Assembly (NCBI GenBank): GCA_045588485.1
Contig: JAZNEI010000039.1
Location: forward strand, 9,765-73,764
DNA from: Bacteroidaceae bacterium
Lineage (GTDB): Bacteria; Bacteroidota; Bacteroidia; Bacteroidales; Bacteroidaceae
Direction: 5' to 3'
DNA: 64,000 nt
The position numbers were made by a program, and so were the translations under genes. Below the pieces are notes generated by a model. It did no database searches. It was not told the DNA's origin and saw only the letters and a list, made by a program, of their open reading frames with translations. Shown here piece after piece: positions 29,683 to 39,477 of this stretch (position 1 is the first letter of the stretch; the number at the start of each line of letters is the position of its first letter).

Positions 29683-29706
29683 AAAAAAGGCGACTTCACA
29701 GCCGCC
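29683..29706 (-). terminator. Strand-specific terminator-like hairpin (minus strand)
   Basis: Minus strand reads ggcggc tgtgaa gtcgcc followed by TTTTTT. The plus-strand version has an A-C mismatch and no U-tract. Confidence 0.45.
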
Positions 29707-29735
29707 AATTCCCGTAATCATTTTTGTATCTGCAG

Positions 29736-29767
29736 CAAAAGTAATACATTATTTTGCACAATGCAAA
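29736..29767 (-). promoter_or_regulatory. Complete Bacteroidetes promoter on the minus strand (-33 TTTG, 20-nt spacer, -7 TACTTTTG)
   Basis: Plus-strand caaa at 29764-29767 and caaaagta at 29736-29743. It points into the right end of the IS, toward E2. Confidence 0.45.
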
Positions 29768-29783
29768 CTTTTTACTAACTTTG
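29753..29783 (+). promoter_or_regulatory. Complete Bacteroidetes promoter on the plus strand (-33 TTTG, 19-nt spacer, -7 TAACTTTG)
   Basis: TTTG at 29753-29756 lies inside the right inverted repeat. TAACTTTG at 29776-29783 lies outside it. It points toward E3 and the lipoprotein gene. Confidence 0.5.
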
Positions 29784-29837
29784 TTGCAAGATATTGGCAA
29801 AATAGCCATATCGTTTGATGGCATTTAGGCTATTGTG

Positions 29838-29954
29838 TTCACGGTAAAACGACCAAATTTATACTACGAACATACAATAGGCACGATAAATGCCCACGCT
29901 CTATGCGTGGGTGTGCTTATGTTCGTATGGGTGCTTGGTCGTACCTTCCGTGAG
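29838..29954 (+). promoter_or_regulatory. Module E3: rod-like 117-nt structured element in the leader of the lipoprotein gene
   Basis: Four nested helices totalling 30 bp: 29840-44/29948-52, 29849-56/29935-42, 29865-74/29918-27 and 29893-99/29905-11. A T-run follows at 29969-29978. Confidence 0.35.
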
Positions 29955-30050
29955 TAAGTACGCCCACGTTTCTTTTTTGAGTTAAACGGTTGCCATCAAT
30001 GGCAACGGCATATAGAATGCAAAATATGTTTAACTTAAAAATCAAAGATT

Positions 30051-30779
30051 ATGAAAAATGTTTTTTATTTGATGTTGTTATGTGTAACTATTGTATGCTT
30101 GTCTTCGTGCTCAAAAGATGATGATGCAGAGTTTGCCGTAAATACCTTGTCTTATACCATTAAGCCAAACAAAACAACAAAAATTGATGGAATTGGGCTA
30201 TCTAATATCTCTTGGAACTCCTCAAATGAGTTTGTTGCAACAGCAGTTAATGAAAAAATAACATCCGGATATGTTGGTGAATGCACTCTACAATATGGGA
30301 ATGTTATGTTATCTGTTAATGTAAAACCCGAACACAATCTTTATACCGAACCGAAATTATCTTGGGGCGCAAGTTTGAGCAAAATTAAATCAGAAAACGG
30401 AACGCCCTATTATAGTAGTAACAGTTTGCTCATATATAAGTCAGGCAATAGTGCTGCTCCCTACAATGTATATATGTTTGAATCGGGTCGTCTATCTTCT
30501 ATAGGCGTTATAGTTAATATGAGTTTATATCAAACGCTCATAGAATTTTTAACTGAAAGATATATGGTAACAGATGTAAGTTCTGCAAGTTACATTGCAT
30601 CATTTATGCACATTTATGGCAAGAAATCTCAACCGAAAAGTGATTACTCTGTGGCCTTGGCATACGAAAATAATTTCAATGGCATATTAGTAGGTTATTT
30701 CAAAAGTTCCTCAACTAAATCCATTTGTTCAAATAATGAATTAAATGAAATGCTGAAACAATTAGAAGGCTTAAATTGA
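30051..30779 (+). CDS. Hypothetical lipoprotein (AT-rich, island-borne)
   Basis: 242 aa with lipobox IVCLSSCSKDDD. No recognisable catalytic motif. Codon composition is visibly more AT-rich than the neighbouring genes. Confidence 0.6.
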   Translation: MKNVFYLMLLCVTIVCLSSCSKDDDAEFAVNTLSYTIKPNKTTKIDGIGLSNISWNSSNEFVATAVNEKITSGYVGECTLQYGNVMLSVNVKPEHNLYTEPKLSWGASLSKIKSENGTPYYSSNSLLIYKSGNSAAPYNVYMFESGRLSSIGVIVNMSLYQTLIEFLTERYMVTDVSSASYIASFMHIYGKKSQPKSDYSVALAYENNFNGILVGYFKSSSTKSICSNNELNEMLKQLEGLN

Positions 30780-30787
30780 TAAAAATA

Positions 30788-30810
30788 GGGCGCAGATTTT
30801 CTGCGCCCTT
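30788..30810 (+). terminator. Terminator hairpin after the lipoprotein gene
   Basis: 8-bp GC stem gggcgcag / ctgcgccc with a 5-nt loop. The downstream T-tract is weak. Confidence 0.5.
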
Positions 30811-31224
30811 GATAACAAAATATTTTAATGTAACTTTGTATATAATTACCTAATATTATTATTTAATTGAATTTACAAATATACTTATTCATCTATCATA
30901 TCTATAAACATTTGTATAGTTTCTTTTCTTGCTTGATATTCTGTATAAGCAGTATAAACAAAAAGACCTATAACAAAAATAATAAGTGATAATAGAATAA
31001 TAATTAGTAACTGTATAATTTTTTTCATTATCTTTTAATTTTTGGGCAAAGATACTTATTTTTTTATAATATGCAAAAAAACCTTATAAAATAATGAAAG
31101 AAATAGAGATTATTGGCAGGGAAAAGAATTATCATAAATACAAGAAAAAGATAACGACTAATACAATTTTATCGAGATATCTAAAATATTTAAGCATAAT
31201 ATCAATGAAAAAGAATAAATTTAA

Positions 31225-31232
31225 TAAATTTG
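31225..31232 (+). promoter_or_regulatory. -7 promoter box (TAAATTTG)
   Basis: Exact TAnnTTTG match 41 nt upstream of the ATG at 31273. Confidence 0.4.
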
Positions 31233-31272
31233 CAAACAGTTATTACAAAGTAAATATATAAAGGAACAAAAT

Positions 31273-32472
31273 ATGCCTAACTTATCGGAACGAGCAATAT
31301 TGATGCCATCTTCACCTATTAGAAAGCTGGCACCATTTGCTAATGAAGCCAAAGCCCGAGGAATTCACGTATACCATCTTAATATAGGTCAACCCGACCT
31401 TGAATCACCCGAGGTTGCAATTGAAGCAATAAGAAACATCGACAGAAAAATTCTTGAGTACTCTCCAAGTGACGGTTTTCTTTCGCTTCGCGAAAAATTG
31501 GTCGGATACTACGACCAATATCAGATAAAACTTAAAGCTGATGATATTATAGTAACTACCGGAGGCTCCGAGGCTGTGTTATTTGCATTTATGTCGTGTC
31601 TGAATCCCGGTGACGAGATTATTGTCCCCGAACCGGCATATGCCAACTATATGGCTTTTGCAATCTCGGCCGGTGCTGTTATTCGTCCTATACGTTCTAC
31701 TATTGAGGAATCTTTTGCACTTCCTCCAATGGAAAGGTTCGAAGAACTTATCAATGAGCGTACACGTGGTATACTAATTTGTAACCCCAATAATCCCACC
31801 GGATACCTTTACACACGCACCGAAATGAACCGTATACGCGACCTTGTGAAAAAACACGATCTTTTCCTCTTTTCGGACGAGGTTTATCGTGAATTCATAT
31901 ACACAGGTTCGCCATATATTTCGGCGTGTCACCTCGAAGGAATTGAGGATAATGTCGTTCTAATAGACTCTGTATCAAAGAGATACTCGGAATGTGGAAT
32001 TAGAATAGGTGCACTTATTACAAAGAACAAAACTCTGCGCAAGGCTGTTATGAAATTCTGCCAGGCTCGTCTGAGTCCTCCTCTCTTGGGTCAGATTGCA
32101 GCCGAGGCCTCTTTGGATGCACCACGTTCTTACGCTATCAATACATACGAGAAATATATCGAGCGACGTAATTGTCTTATAGACGAGTTGAACAAACTGC
32201 CGGGTGTCTACTCCCCCATTCCTATGGGTGCATTCTACACTGTGGCACGTCTGCCTATTGATGACAGTGATAAATTCTGCGAATGGTGTCTGTCGGAATT
32301 TAATTATGAAGGTGAGACTATTATGATGGCACCTGCATCGGGTTTCTACTCCGAGGAGGGATACGGCAAAAACGAAGTACGTATAGCGTATGCACTTGAC
32401 AAGGCCGACTTGAAACGTGCTGTTTTTATATTGGGCAAGGCGCTTGAGCAATACCCCGGAAGAGTTGATTAA
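31273..32472 (+). CDS. Class I/II PLP-dependent aminotransferase (aspartate/aromatic type)
   Basis: 399 aa. LNIGQPD, NPNNPTG and the PLP-lysine motif SVSKRYSECGIRIG. Confidence 0.9.
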   Translation: MPNLSERAILMPSSPIRKLAPFANEAKARGIHVYHLNIGQPDLESPEVAIEAIRNIDRKILEYSPSDGFLSLREKLVGYYDQYQIKLKADDIIVTTGGSEAVLFAFMSCLNPGDEIIVPEPAYANYMAFAISAGAVIRPIRSTIEESFALPPMERFEELINERTRGILICNPNNPTGYLYTRTEMNRIRDLVKKHDLFLFSDEVYREFIYTGSPYISACHLEGIEDNVVLIDSVSKRYSECGIRIGALITKNKTLRKAVMKFCQARLSPPLLGQIAAEASLDAPRSYAINTYEKYIERRNCLIDELNKLPGVYSPIPMGAFYTVARLPIDDSDKFCEWCLSEFNYEGETIMMAPASGFYSEEGYGKNEVRIAYALDKADLKRAVFILGKALEQYPGRVD

Positions 32473-32510
32473 TAACGATACTTCACCTATTTATTATAAG
32501 GTATATATAC

Positions 32511-32544
32511 AAAAAAAAGTCACCCAACAGGTGACTTTTTTTGT
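32511..32544. terminator. Bidirectional intrinsic terminator
   Basis: Stem agtcacc / ggtgact flanked by A8 and T7 runs, between convergent genes. Confidence 0.8.
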
Positions 32545-32559
32545 ATATGTATTATAGGA

Positions 32560-33849
32560 TTACTCCTGAGGCATAAGTTTCTCTAACTCAGCAAGCTTAT
32601 CATCCATATTCAGACGATAGTAGCACTGTGAGAGACCATTGAGCCAAAGATTCTGCTTATCGGGTGCGAGCTGACGAAGTTTCTCATAGAGAGGAAGTGC
32701 ATCGCGATAGTAAGCATCGAGAATCTCCTTGTCTTTCTTCATCTTTGCCTTATCCTTAAGGTTTATAGATGTCTCGCTGTTGCTGAATTTCTGAGCCAAC
32801 TGCAAGTAGCAGAGTCCAAGGTTACCAAGAGCACTCTCATAGTTGGGATCAACCTCAAGAGCCTTCTTGTACCATTCGATAGCCTCTTCTTGCTTCTCGT
32901 TCTGCTGGAGGATATAACCCTTTACGTATGTGAAGAGCGCGTTTCCGGGCTCACGTGCAATCATATCATCAGCAAACTTCATCAACTCGTCCTGCTGATT
33001 CTTGCTGTCATAGTACTGGATAAGTGACTGATAGAAATATACGTTTGCAGGATACTTTGCTGCACACTCTTTAAGTGTAGCAAGCCATGCTGTTGTATCG
33101 CCAAGGCTTACCAATGCCTGTGACTTGAACTCATAAGCTGACTCGGCATTTGCTGAATCCTGTACAGCAAGGTCGATGTGCTTGAGTACGAGGTCGTATT
33201 TCTCGAGACGCATACCGCAGAGTGATGCATAATAAGCACCCATTCTGTTAATTTCGGCAAGCTGCTCATTGCTGTTAAGGTTGAACTCTACGAGACGAGG
33301 ATGCTCGGCCGATGTGATGAATGTATCGAACAGGTTAAATGCAAGATTAAAATCTTCCTCGTTGTAGAAGTGTGCACCTCCATTGAACAACTGATTGCGG
33401 TTCTCATAGAGAATCTTCTTAATCTGCTCGGTATACTGAGGCTTTACCTTACCCTTTTCATTGGGAGTATTATCGAGTTTGTCGCACAATGTAAGGTGCT
33501 CGAAGATATCGTAGCAATAACGATAGAGCTTATTTGCATCGAAGCTCTTATTCTCTGCACGCTTAAGATTCTCCTGATTTACAATAGCCAGCTTTGCATT
33601 TGCAAGTACATACCAAAGATAAGGTTCATTGGCAACAAGTGCCTTGTGGTCGCCCTCAAGGGCAGGCTTGAGTGCGTTGATAGCTCCTGCGGGATCGTTA
33701 AGAATAGACTTCTCGGCATCGGCAATAAGTCCCATAAGAGCCTTTTTCTGTCTCTTCTGATTCTTTAACTCCTCCTTTGACAATCCCTGACCGAAAGCAA
33801 CGGCTACGGCAAGCATCAAAGTTACTGATAACAATAATTTCTTCATCAT
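32560..33849 (-). CDS. Secreted tetratricopeptide-repeat protein
   Basis: 429 aa with a signal peptide and multiple TPR-like helices (AIEWYKKALEVDPNYESALGNLGLCY). Confidence 0.75.
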   Translation of the reverse strand: MMKKLLLSVTLMLAVAVAFGQGLSKEELKNQKRQKKALMGLIADAEKSILNDPAGAINALKPALEGDHKALVANEPYLWYVLANAKLAIVNQENLKRAENKSFDANKLYRYCYDIFEHLTLCDKLDNTPNEKGKVKPQYTEQIKKILYENRNQLFNGGAHFYNEEDFNLAFNLFDTFITSAEHPRLVEFNLNSNEQLAEINRMGAYYASLCGMRLEKYDLVLKHIDLAVQDSANAESAYEFKSQALVSLGDTTAWLATLKECAAKYPANVYFYQSLIQYYDSKNQQDELMKFADDMIAREPGNALFTYVKGYILQQNEKQEEAIEWYKKALEVDPNYESALGNLGLCYLQLAQKFSNSETSINLKDKAKMKKDKEILDAYYRDALPLYEKLRQLAPDKQNLWLNGLSQCYYRLNMDDKLAELEKLMPQE

Positions 33850-33889
33850 AGTCTTAAAATTTTAATTATTAGTCAATCGTTTGTTTATT

Positions 33890-36418
33890 TTAGTTCTCGC
33901 TATTCTCGATGTCTACAACCGGTTGGTCGGCATTTGTGTTCCCTGTATTTTCGATGTTTTCTTCGACCTCCTCTTCACGTGTAACTTTGCATACCGAACC
34001 TATGCAATCGTTCTTCTTTGTGAGATTGATGATGCGGACACCTTGTGTGGCACGGCCTTGTACGGGAATCTGGTCGACACCTGTGCGGATTGTTATACCC
34101 GACTTATTTATAATCATAAGGTCGTTATCGTCGTTCACATCCATTACAGCAACAAGCGAACCTGTCTTTTCGGTTACATTCAAGGTCTTGACACCCTTGC
34201 AACCACGACCGACTATAGGATACTCTTCGGGGTTAGAACGCTTACCGTATCCCTGCTCCGAGAGCACCAGGATACTGTGGTCGGCCTCGTCTTTAGGCAA
34301 TACAATCATACCTACAATCTCGTCATTCTCGTCAAGTGCCATACCTTTTACTCCTGTTGCGGTACGTCCCATTGCACGTACGGTGCTTTCGTTGAAACGA
34401 ACAGCCTTACCATTGCGGTTGGCAAGAATGATGTCACTATTGCCATCGGTAAGTGCAACGCCTATTACACGGTCGTCATCACGTATGCTTATGGCAATGA
34501 TACCGTTTGCACGCGGACGAGAATACTGCTCAAGGCTTGTCTTCTTTATTATACCCTGCTTGGTGCAGAATACGATATTATGGCTCTCGATGAAATTCTT
34601 GTCAGCAAGGGTCTTTACACGTACAAAGGCATTAACAGCGTCATCCGACTCGATATTTAGCATATTCTGTATTGCGCGTCCCTTTGAGTTCTTGTTGCCC
34701 TCGGGAATCTCATACACCTTAAGCCAATAACACTTTCCTCGCTGTGTGAAGAAGAGCATTGTATTATGCATTGTAGCAGTGTATATATACTCGATAAAGT
34801 CGCTGTCACGTGTGTCGCTACCCTTTGAACCTACTCCGCCACGCAACTGACTGCGATACTCGGTAAGAGGTGTACGTTTAATGTAACCCATGTGCGATAT
34901 GGTTATAACCATCTCGTCATCAGCATAGAAATCCTCGGGGTTGAATCCCTCAGAAGCACTATAGTCGATGCGACACTTACGATCGTCACCATATTTCTCT
35001 TTAACCTCGGCAAGCTCGTCTTTCATTACCTGCTTGCACAGCTCGTCATTCGAGAGTATCTCATTGTAATATGCAATCTTCTGCTGAAGTTCGTCATACT
35101 CGGCATGCAGTTTGTCCTGGTTGATACCGGTCAGCTGTCCCAAGCGCATCTCGACAATGGCATTTGCCTGAATCTCACTGAGCGAGAAACGCTCGATAAG
35201 AGCCAATTTTGCATCGGCCGGTGATTTTGCAGCCTTGATGAGTCGTACAACCTCGTCGATATTATCTGATGCAATGATAAGTCCCTCTATGATGTGTGCA
35301 CGCTCCTGTGCTTTACGCAAATCGTATTGTGTACGACGTATTACAACCTCATGACGATGCTCTACAAAGTTTGAGATACAGTCTTTGAGTGAAAGCAGAC
35401 GTGGACGACCGTGAACAAGTGCAATACAGTTCACACTGAACGATGTCTGAAGAGCACTCATCTTATAGAGTTTGTTCAGTATGACATTGGCATTTGAATC
35501 GCGCTTAACATCTATTACAATGCGCATTCCCGACTGGTCCGACTCGTCGTTGATATTAGATATTCCCTCTATCTTCTTTTCATTTACCATAGAGGCAATA
35601 TCCTTTATAAGTTCCTCCTTATTTACATTATAAGGAATTGCTGTAACTATTATTTTCTCGTGGGAGGCTGCCTCTTCAATCTCGGCAACTGCACGCATAA
35701 TAACTCTGCCACGGCCTGTCTCGTATGCCTCGCGGACACCGCCAAGCCCAAAGATGTCACATCCTGTGGGGAAATCGGGGGCCTTGACATACTGCATAAG
35801 GCCGTCGGTGTCAATCTCGGGATTGTCAATAAATGCTATACTTGCATCAAGAACTTCACTTAGGTTATGAGGGGGAATATTTGTAGCCATGCCCACCGCA
35901 ATACCCGATGAACCATTTACCAAAAGGTTAGGTATACGTGTAGGAAGCACCGTAGGCTCTACAAACTCATCGTTATAGTTAGGTACAAAGTCTACTGTTT
36001 CTTTCTCAAGATCCTCGGCCATCTCCTCACCAATCTTCTTCAAACGCGCCTCGGTATAACGCATAGCAGCAGGAGCATCTCCGTCAATAGAACCAAAGTT
36101 TCCCTGTCCGTCGATAAGCGGATAACGCATAATCCAATCCTGTGCCATACGAGTCAATGCACCATAAACCGATGAATCGCCATGGGGGTGATACTTACCA
36201 AGCACATCACCAACTGTACGTGCCGATTTCTTATGCGGCTTATCGGATGTATTTCCAAGCTCCCTCATACCATACAAAATACGGCGCTGAACAGGCTTGA
36301 GTCCGTCGCGAACATCGGGCAAAGCACGTTGCACAATAACCGACATTGAGTAGTTGATGTAAGCGGTGCTCATCTCTTCCTCAACATTGACTTTTATAAT
36401 TCTGTCGTTGTCAATCAT
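33890..36418 (-). CDS. gyrA: DNA gyrase subunit A
   Basis: 842 aa. [28 protein letters not shown], the YHPHGD motif and C-terminal beta-pinwheel repeats. Confidence 0.97.
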   Translation of the reverse strand: MIDNDRIIKVNVEEEMSTAYINYSMSVIVQRALPDVRDGLKPVQRRILYGMRELGNTSDKPHKKSARTVGDVLGKYHPHGDSSVYGALTRMAQDWIMRYPLIDGQGNFGSIDGDAPAAMRYTEARLKKIGEEMAEDLEKETVDFVPNYNDEFVEPTVLPTRIPNLLVNGSSGIAVGMATNIPPHNLSEVLDASIAFIDNPEIDTDGLMQYVKAPDFPTGCDIFGLGGVREAYETGRGRVIMRAVAEIEEAASHEKIIVTAIPYNVNKEELIKDIASMVNEKKIEGISNINDESDQSGMRIVIDVKRDSNANVILNKLYKMSALQTSFSVNCIALVHGRPRLLSLKDCISNFVEHRHEVVIRRTQYDLRKAQERAHIIEGLIIASDNIDEVVRLIKAAKSPADAKLALIERFSLSEIQANAIVEMRLGQLTGINQDKLHAEYDELQQKIAYYNEILSNDELCKQVMKDELAEVKEKYGDDRKCRIDYSASEGFNPEDFYADDEMVITISHMGYIKRTPLTEYRSQLRGGVGSKGSDTRDSDFIEYIYTATMHNTMLFFTQRGKCYWLKVYEIPEGNKNSKGRAIQNMLNIESDDAVNAFVRVKTLADKNFIESHNIVFCTKQGIIKKTSLEQYSRPRANGIIAISIRDDDRVIGVALTDGNSDIILANRNGKAVRFNESTVRAMGRTATGVKGMALDENDEIVGMIVLPKDEADHSILVLSEQGYGKRSNPEEYPIVGRGCKGVKTLNVTEKTGSLVAVMDVNDDNDLMIINKSGITIRTGVDQIPVQGRATQGVRIINLTKKNDCIGSVCKVTREEEVEENIENTGNTNADQPVVDIENSEN

Positions 36419-36766
36419 TTAATTTACTTTATTTTTTACAATTAATTTACAATGTGTTTTTCCTATAAAACAATGTAAAATTACGCAAAAACGACGATTC
36501 TGACAAACATTTTAAGAATTATTACCATTAAATTAAGTAAAAATAGCCTTATTAGCCTCTAAAACGGCCGCTAAGAGGAGATAGCCTTAAAATCGTTCTC
36601 CGAGGATGCACAGAAAACATTTAAAATACCAAACTTATTCACTTTTATTTGCCACGTTTTTATGGTGTTCAAAATAAAAGTCCTATCTTCGCACAGCAGA
36701 ATCTCCGGCAGGTCAGATAAACTGAATATATACACAAAACTGCAATTTACAAAATTAAATTATATT

Positions 36767-37441
36767 ATGCGCGTAGATATCATTACCACATTTCCCGAGA
36801 TGATGGAGAGTTTTTTCAATACCTCTATCCTCGGTCGTTCACAACGACACGGATACACCGAAATTCATTTACATAATTTACGAGATTATACAAATGACAA
36901 GCACAGACGCACCGATGATTATCCATTTGGAGGTTGCGCAGGCCTTGTTATGAAAATTGAGCCTATTGACAACTGTATATCATCGCTTAAAGCAGAAAGA
37001 GAGTACGACGAAGTCATTTACACCTCGCCCGACGGCGAAGTTTTCAATCAACCTATGGCAAACAGCCTGTCAATGGCCCAAAATCTTATATTTTTGTGTG
37101 GTCACTACAAAGGTATCGACCATAGAATTAGGGAGCACTTGATTACTAAGGAGATAAGTATAGGTGACTATGTTTTAACGGGTGGCGAATTGGCTGTATC
37201 TGTAATATGCGATGCTATCATTCGCCTTATTCCCGGTGTTATATCAGATGAAACTTCGGCTCTTTCCGACTCATTTCAGGATAATTTGCTTGCGCCACCG
37301 GTTTACACACGCCCTGCCGAGTATAAAGGATGGAAAGTACCCGATATTTTGCTCTCGGGACATGAAGCAAAGATACGTCAATGGGAGTTTGAGCAGTCAA
37401 TGGAACGCACCAAGCGCCTTCGTCCCGATCTTTTAAAATAA
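36767..37441 (+). CDS. trmD: tRNA (guanosine(37)-N1)-methyltransferase
   Basis: Start moved to [27 protein letters not shown] and [11 protein letters not shown] are TrmD motifs. Confidence 0.95.
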   Translation: MRVDIITTFPEMMESFFNTSILGRSQRHGYTEIHLHNLRDYTNDKHRRTDDYPFGGCAGLVMKIEPIDNCISSLKAEREYDEVIYTSPDGEVFNQPMANSLSMAQNLIFLCGHYKGIDHRIREHLITKEISIGDYVLTGGELAVSVICDAIIRLIPGVISDETSALSDSFQDNLLAPPVYTRPAEYKGWKVPDILLSGHEAKIRQWEFEQSMERTKRLRPDLLK

Positions 37442-37586
37442 ATAAAATAACTTTACACGCACAAATGTAAATTTACAAATATATCATTGTAAAATCAATA
37501 TAGTAAACATAAGTAAAACAGACTATTTTCCAAATAATTTTCAGTATATTTGTTTATTGTTTATTAGCAATTATATTATATACAAT

Positions 37587-37626
37587 TAAAAGGTTTACCC
37601 TCTTAATAGAAGGTAAACCTTTTAAT
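37587..37626. terminator. Bidirectional intrinsic terminator
   Basis: 12-bp stem aaaaggtttacc / ggtaaacctttt between convergent trmD and pyrD. Confidence 0.75.
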
Positions 37627-37645
37627 ATTTGAAGACTCGATAGGT

Positions 37646-38557
37646 TTATACCTCTAAAGCACCTATAAGCTCATCTATAGAATTCATCTTATGGCGTACA
37701 AGATAATCCTCGATATAATCGACAATCTCACTTGTCACGGCAGGATTCATAAAGTTTGCAGTTCCGACCTCAATAGCCGTTGCTCCAGCAAGCAAAAACT
37801 CTATAGCGTCCTTACCCGTTGTAATACCTCCAATACCCACAACAGGAATCTTTACAGCCTTAGCAACCTGCCACACCATCCTCAGTGCTATGGGCTTTAC
37901 CGCAGGTCCACTCATTCCACCTGTTATGGTAGAGAGCAACGGACGGCGCTTCTCGGAGTCTATTGCCATACCTAACAACGTATTAATCAATGATACACTA
38001 TCTGCACCTGCACCTTCCACCGCACGAGCAATTTCGGTAATGTCAGTGACATTAGGAGAGAGTTTTACAATAAGCGTCTTAGGATAGGCCTTGCGGACAG
38101 CCGATACAACTTCGGCTGCCGACTGTGGATGTACGCCAAATGCCATACCTCCCTGCTTCACGTTTGGACAAGAGATATTAAGCTCTATTCCGGGGATATT
38201 ATCAAGCGCTGCCACCTTCTCGGCACACGCAACATAATCCTCGATACAAGCACCCGAAACATTTACTATTACATTTGTATCAAGATTCTTTAATTGAGGA
38301 TATATGTTTGCAGCAAAGTAGTCTACACCCTTATTCTGAAGCCCAACCGCGTTAAGCATTCCAAGAGGAGTCTCAGCACTGCGAGGATAAGGATTGCCCT
38401 CACGCGCGTTAAGGGTTGTACCCTTTACTATAAAGCCACCTAATTTATTCAAATCGACAAAATCGGCAAATTCAAGGCCATAACCGAATGTTCCCGAAGC
38501 AGTCATTACCGGGTTTTTAAGATTCAACCCACCTATTTTTACATCTGTCTTTACCAT
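37646..38557 (-). CDS. pyrD: Dihydroorotate dehydrogenase, class 1B catalytic subunit
   Basis: 303 aa. [24 protein letters not shown] and [12 protein letters not shown]. Confidence 0.95.
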   Translation of the reverse strand: MVKTDVKIGGLNLKNPVMTASGTFGYGLEFADFVDLNKLGGFIVKGTTLNAREGNPYPRSAETPLGMLNAVGLQNKGVDYFAANIYPQLKNLDTNVIVNVSGACIEDYVACAEKVAALDNIPGIELNISCPNVKQGGMAFGVHPQSAAEVVSAVRKAYPKTLIVKLSPNVTDITEIARAVEGAGADSVSLINTLLGMAIDSEKRRPLLSTITGGMSGPAVKPIALRMVWQVAKAVKIPVVGIGGITTGKDAIEFLLAGATAIEVGTANFMNPAVTSEIVDYIEDYLVRHKMNSIDELIGALEV

Positions 38558-39318
38558 TTTAATTCATCTATTGAAAATACAGGACCATCAGTACAAACAC
38601 ACTTATGCCCGCTTGTCGTATCCTCGACACAGCAGAGACAGGCACCAAGACCACATGCCATTTTATTCTCGAGTGAAGCCTCACAAGGTATTCCTTTCGC
38701 CCTGGCATACTTTGCCACAGCCATCATCATAGGCTTTGGACCACAGGTGTATATATAATCAAATTTTTCTTCGAGCATAGTATGATTGGTTACAAAACCT
38801 TTCTCTCCAAGTGTACCATCTTCGGTTGTATACTCGACACGACCAAGTGCCTCGAACTCGTTACGACGATATAAATCCTTGGCCGAACGCGCACCTATAA
38901 GTATGGCAAAATCGCGTCCTAAGCGCTTCAACTCCTGAGCAAGACCATACAATGGTGCCGAACCTACACCTCCACCAACGAGAAGCATACGGACATTCTC
39001 ATCAGAGGGTATAGTAAAACCATTACCAAGAGGAAGCAAAACATTTACCTTAGCACCCTCCTTCAGCGAAGCAAGCCAACGGGTACCGTCACCTACAACC
39101 TGCACAAGAAAACCTATCTCATTACTCTCGGCATCGAAGCTATGAATAGATATAGGACGACGAAGCATCACAGTGGGTGTTTCATCGATACGAAGCTCGG
39201 CAAACTGCCCCGGACGGCAGGCAGGCAATGGCTTACTGTCGGTCATCACCAACAGTACACACGAAGCATTAAGTTCGTGCATCTCTTTAATAGTTAAGTC
39301 GACAAGAACTTTTTTCAT
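38551..39318 (-). CDS. pyrK: Dihydroorotate dehydrogenase electron-transfer subunit
   Basis: 255 aa with an FAD/NAD-binding fold and a C-terminal 2Fe-2S cysteine cluster (CGLGACLCC...CVCTDGPVF). It overlaps pyrD. Confidence 0.9.
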   Translation of the reverse strand: MKKVLVDLTIKEMHELNASCVLLVMTDSKPLPACRPGQFAELRIDETPTVMLRRPISIHSFDAESNEIGFLVQVVGDGTRWLASLKEGAKVNVLLPLGNGFTIPSDENVRMLLVGGGVGSAPLYGLAQELKRLGRDFAILIGARSAKDLYRRNEFEALGRVEYTTEDGTLGEKGFVTNHTMLEEKFDYIYTCGPKPMMMAVAKYARAKGIPCEASLENKMACGLGACLCCVEDTTSGHKCVCTDGPVFSIDELKW

Positions 39319-39477
39319 AGAATAGCTATTTCATTTTTTGTTTTATAGCCGCTAATATAGCACAAATTTATCAAGGGATTACTATTTTGGCCTGTTTTTT
39401 ACACTCCACACCTATTTAATTATAAAAGCAGATGCCCCGAAACAAGACATCTGCACTTCACATACTACATTATTAAG

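Larger units (their letters stand above)
28261..29769 (+). mobile_element. IS1595-family insertion sequence (candidate boundaries)
   Basis: Transposase ORF flanked by a 22-bp imperfect inverted repeat with 20/22 matches: attttgtattgtgcaaaataat (28261-28282) versus the reverse complement of 29748-29769. No target-site duplication is seen, so the boundaries are tentative. Confidence 0.5.

Noticed and set aside
27997-29954. Retron (msr/msd), IS110-type bridge RNA or TnpB/IscB omega-RNA as the identity of modules E1-E3.
   Set aside because: No reverse transcriptase, IS110/IS1111 recombinase, TnpB or IscB gene is present. The only recombinase is a DDE IS1595 transposase, for which no guide RNA is established. 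The comparison is therefore not supported.
31094-31261. 55-aa lysine-rich plus-strand ORF just upstream of the aminotransferase gene.
   Set aside because: It lies in extremely AT-rich DNA and overlaps the likely aminotransferase promoter box. Its composition (K/N/I/Y) is what random AT-rich sequence encodes, and there is no supporting signal.
33881-34730. Two long ORFs (259 and 273 aa) on the plus strand.
   Set aside because: They lie entirely antisense to gyrA, whose identity is unambiguous. Their low-complexity composition is typical of shadow ORFs. The same reasoning applies to 8233-8844, 6313-6795, 19298-20041, 27029-27559, 42781-43320, 57742-58284 and 62691-63398.
37545-37626. Tiny sRNA defined by a TATATTTG box (37545-52) and the hairpin at 37587-37622.
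   Set aside because: The hairpin is already explained as the bidirectional terminator for convergent trmD and pyrD. An isolated -7 match in AT-rich DNA is expected by chance, and there is no -33 element.
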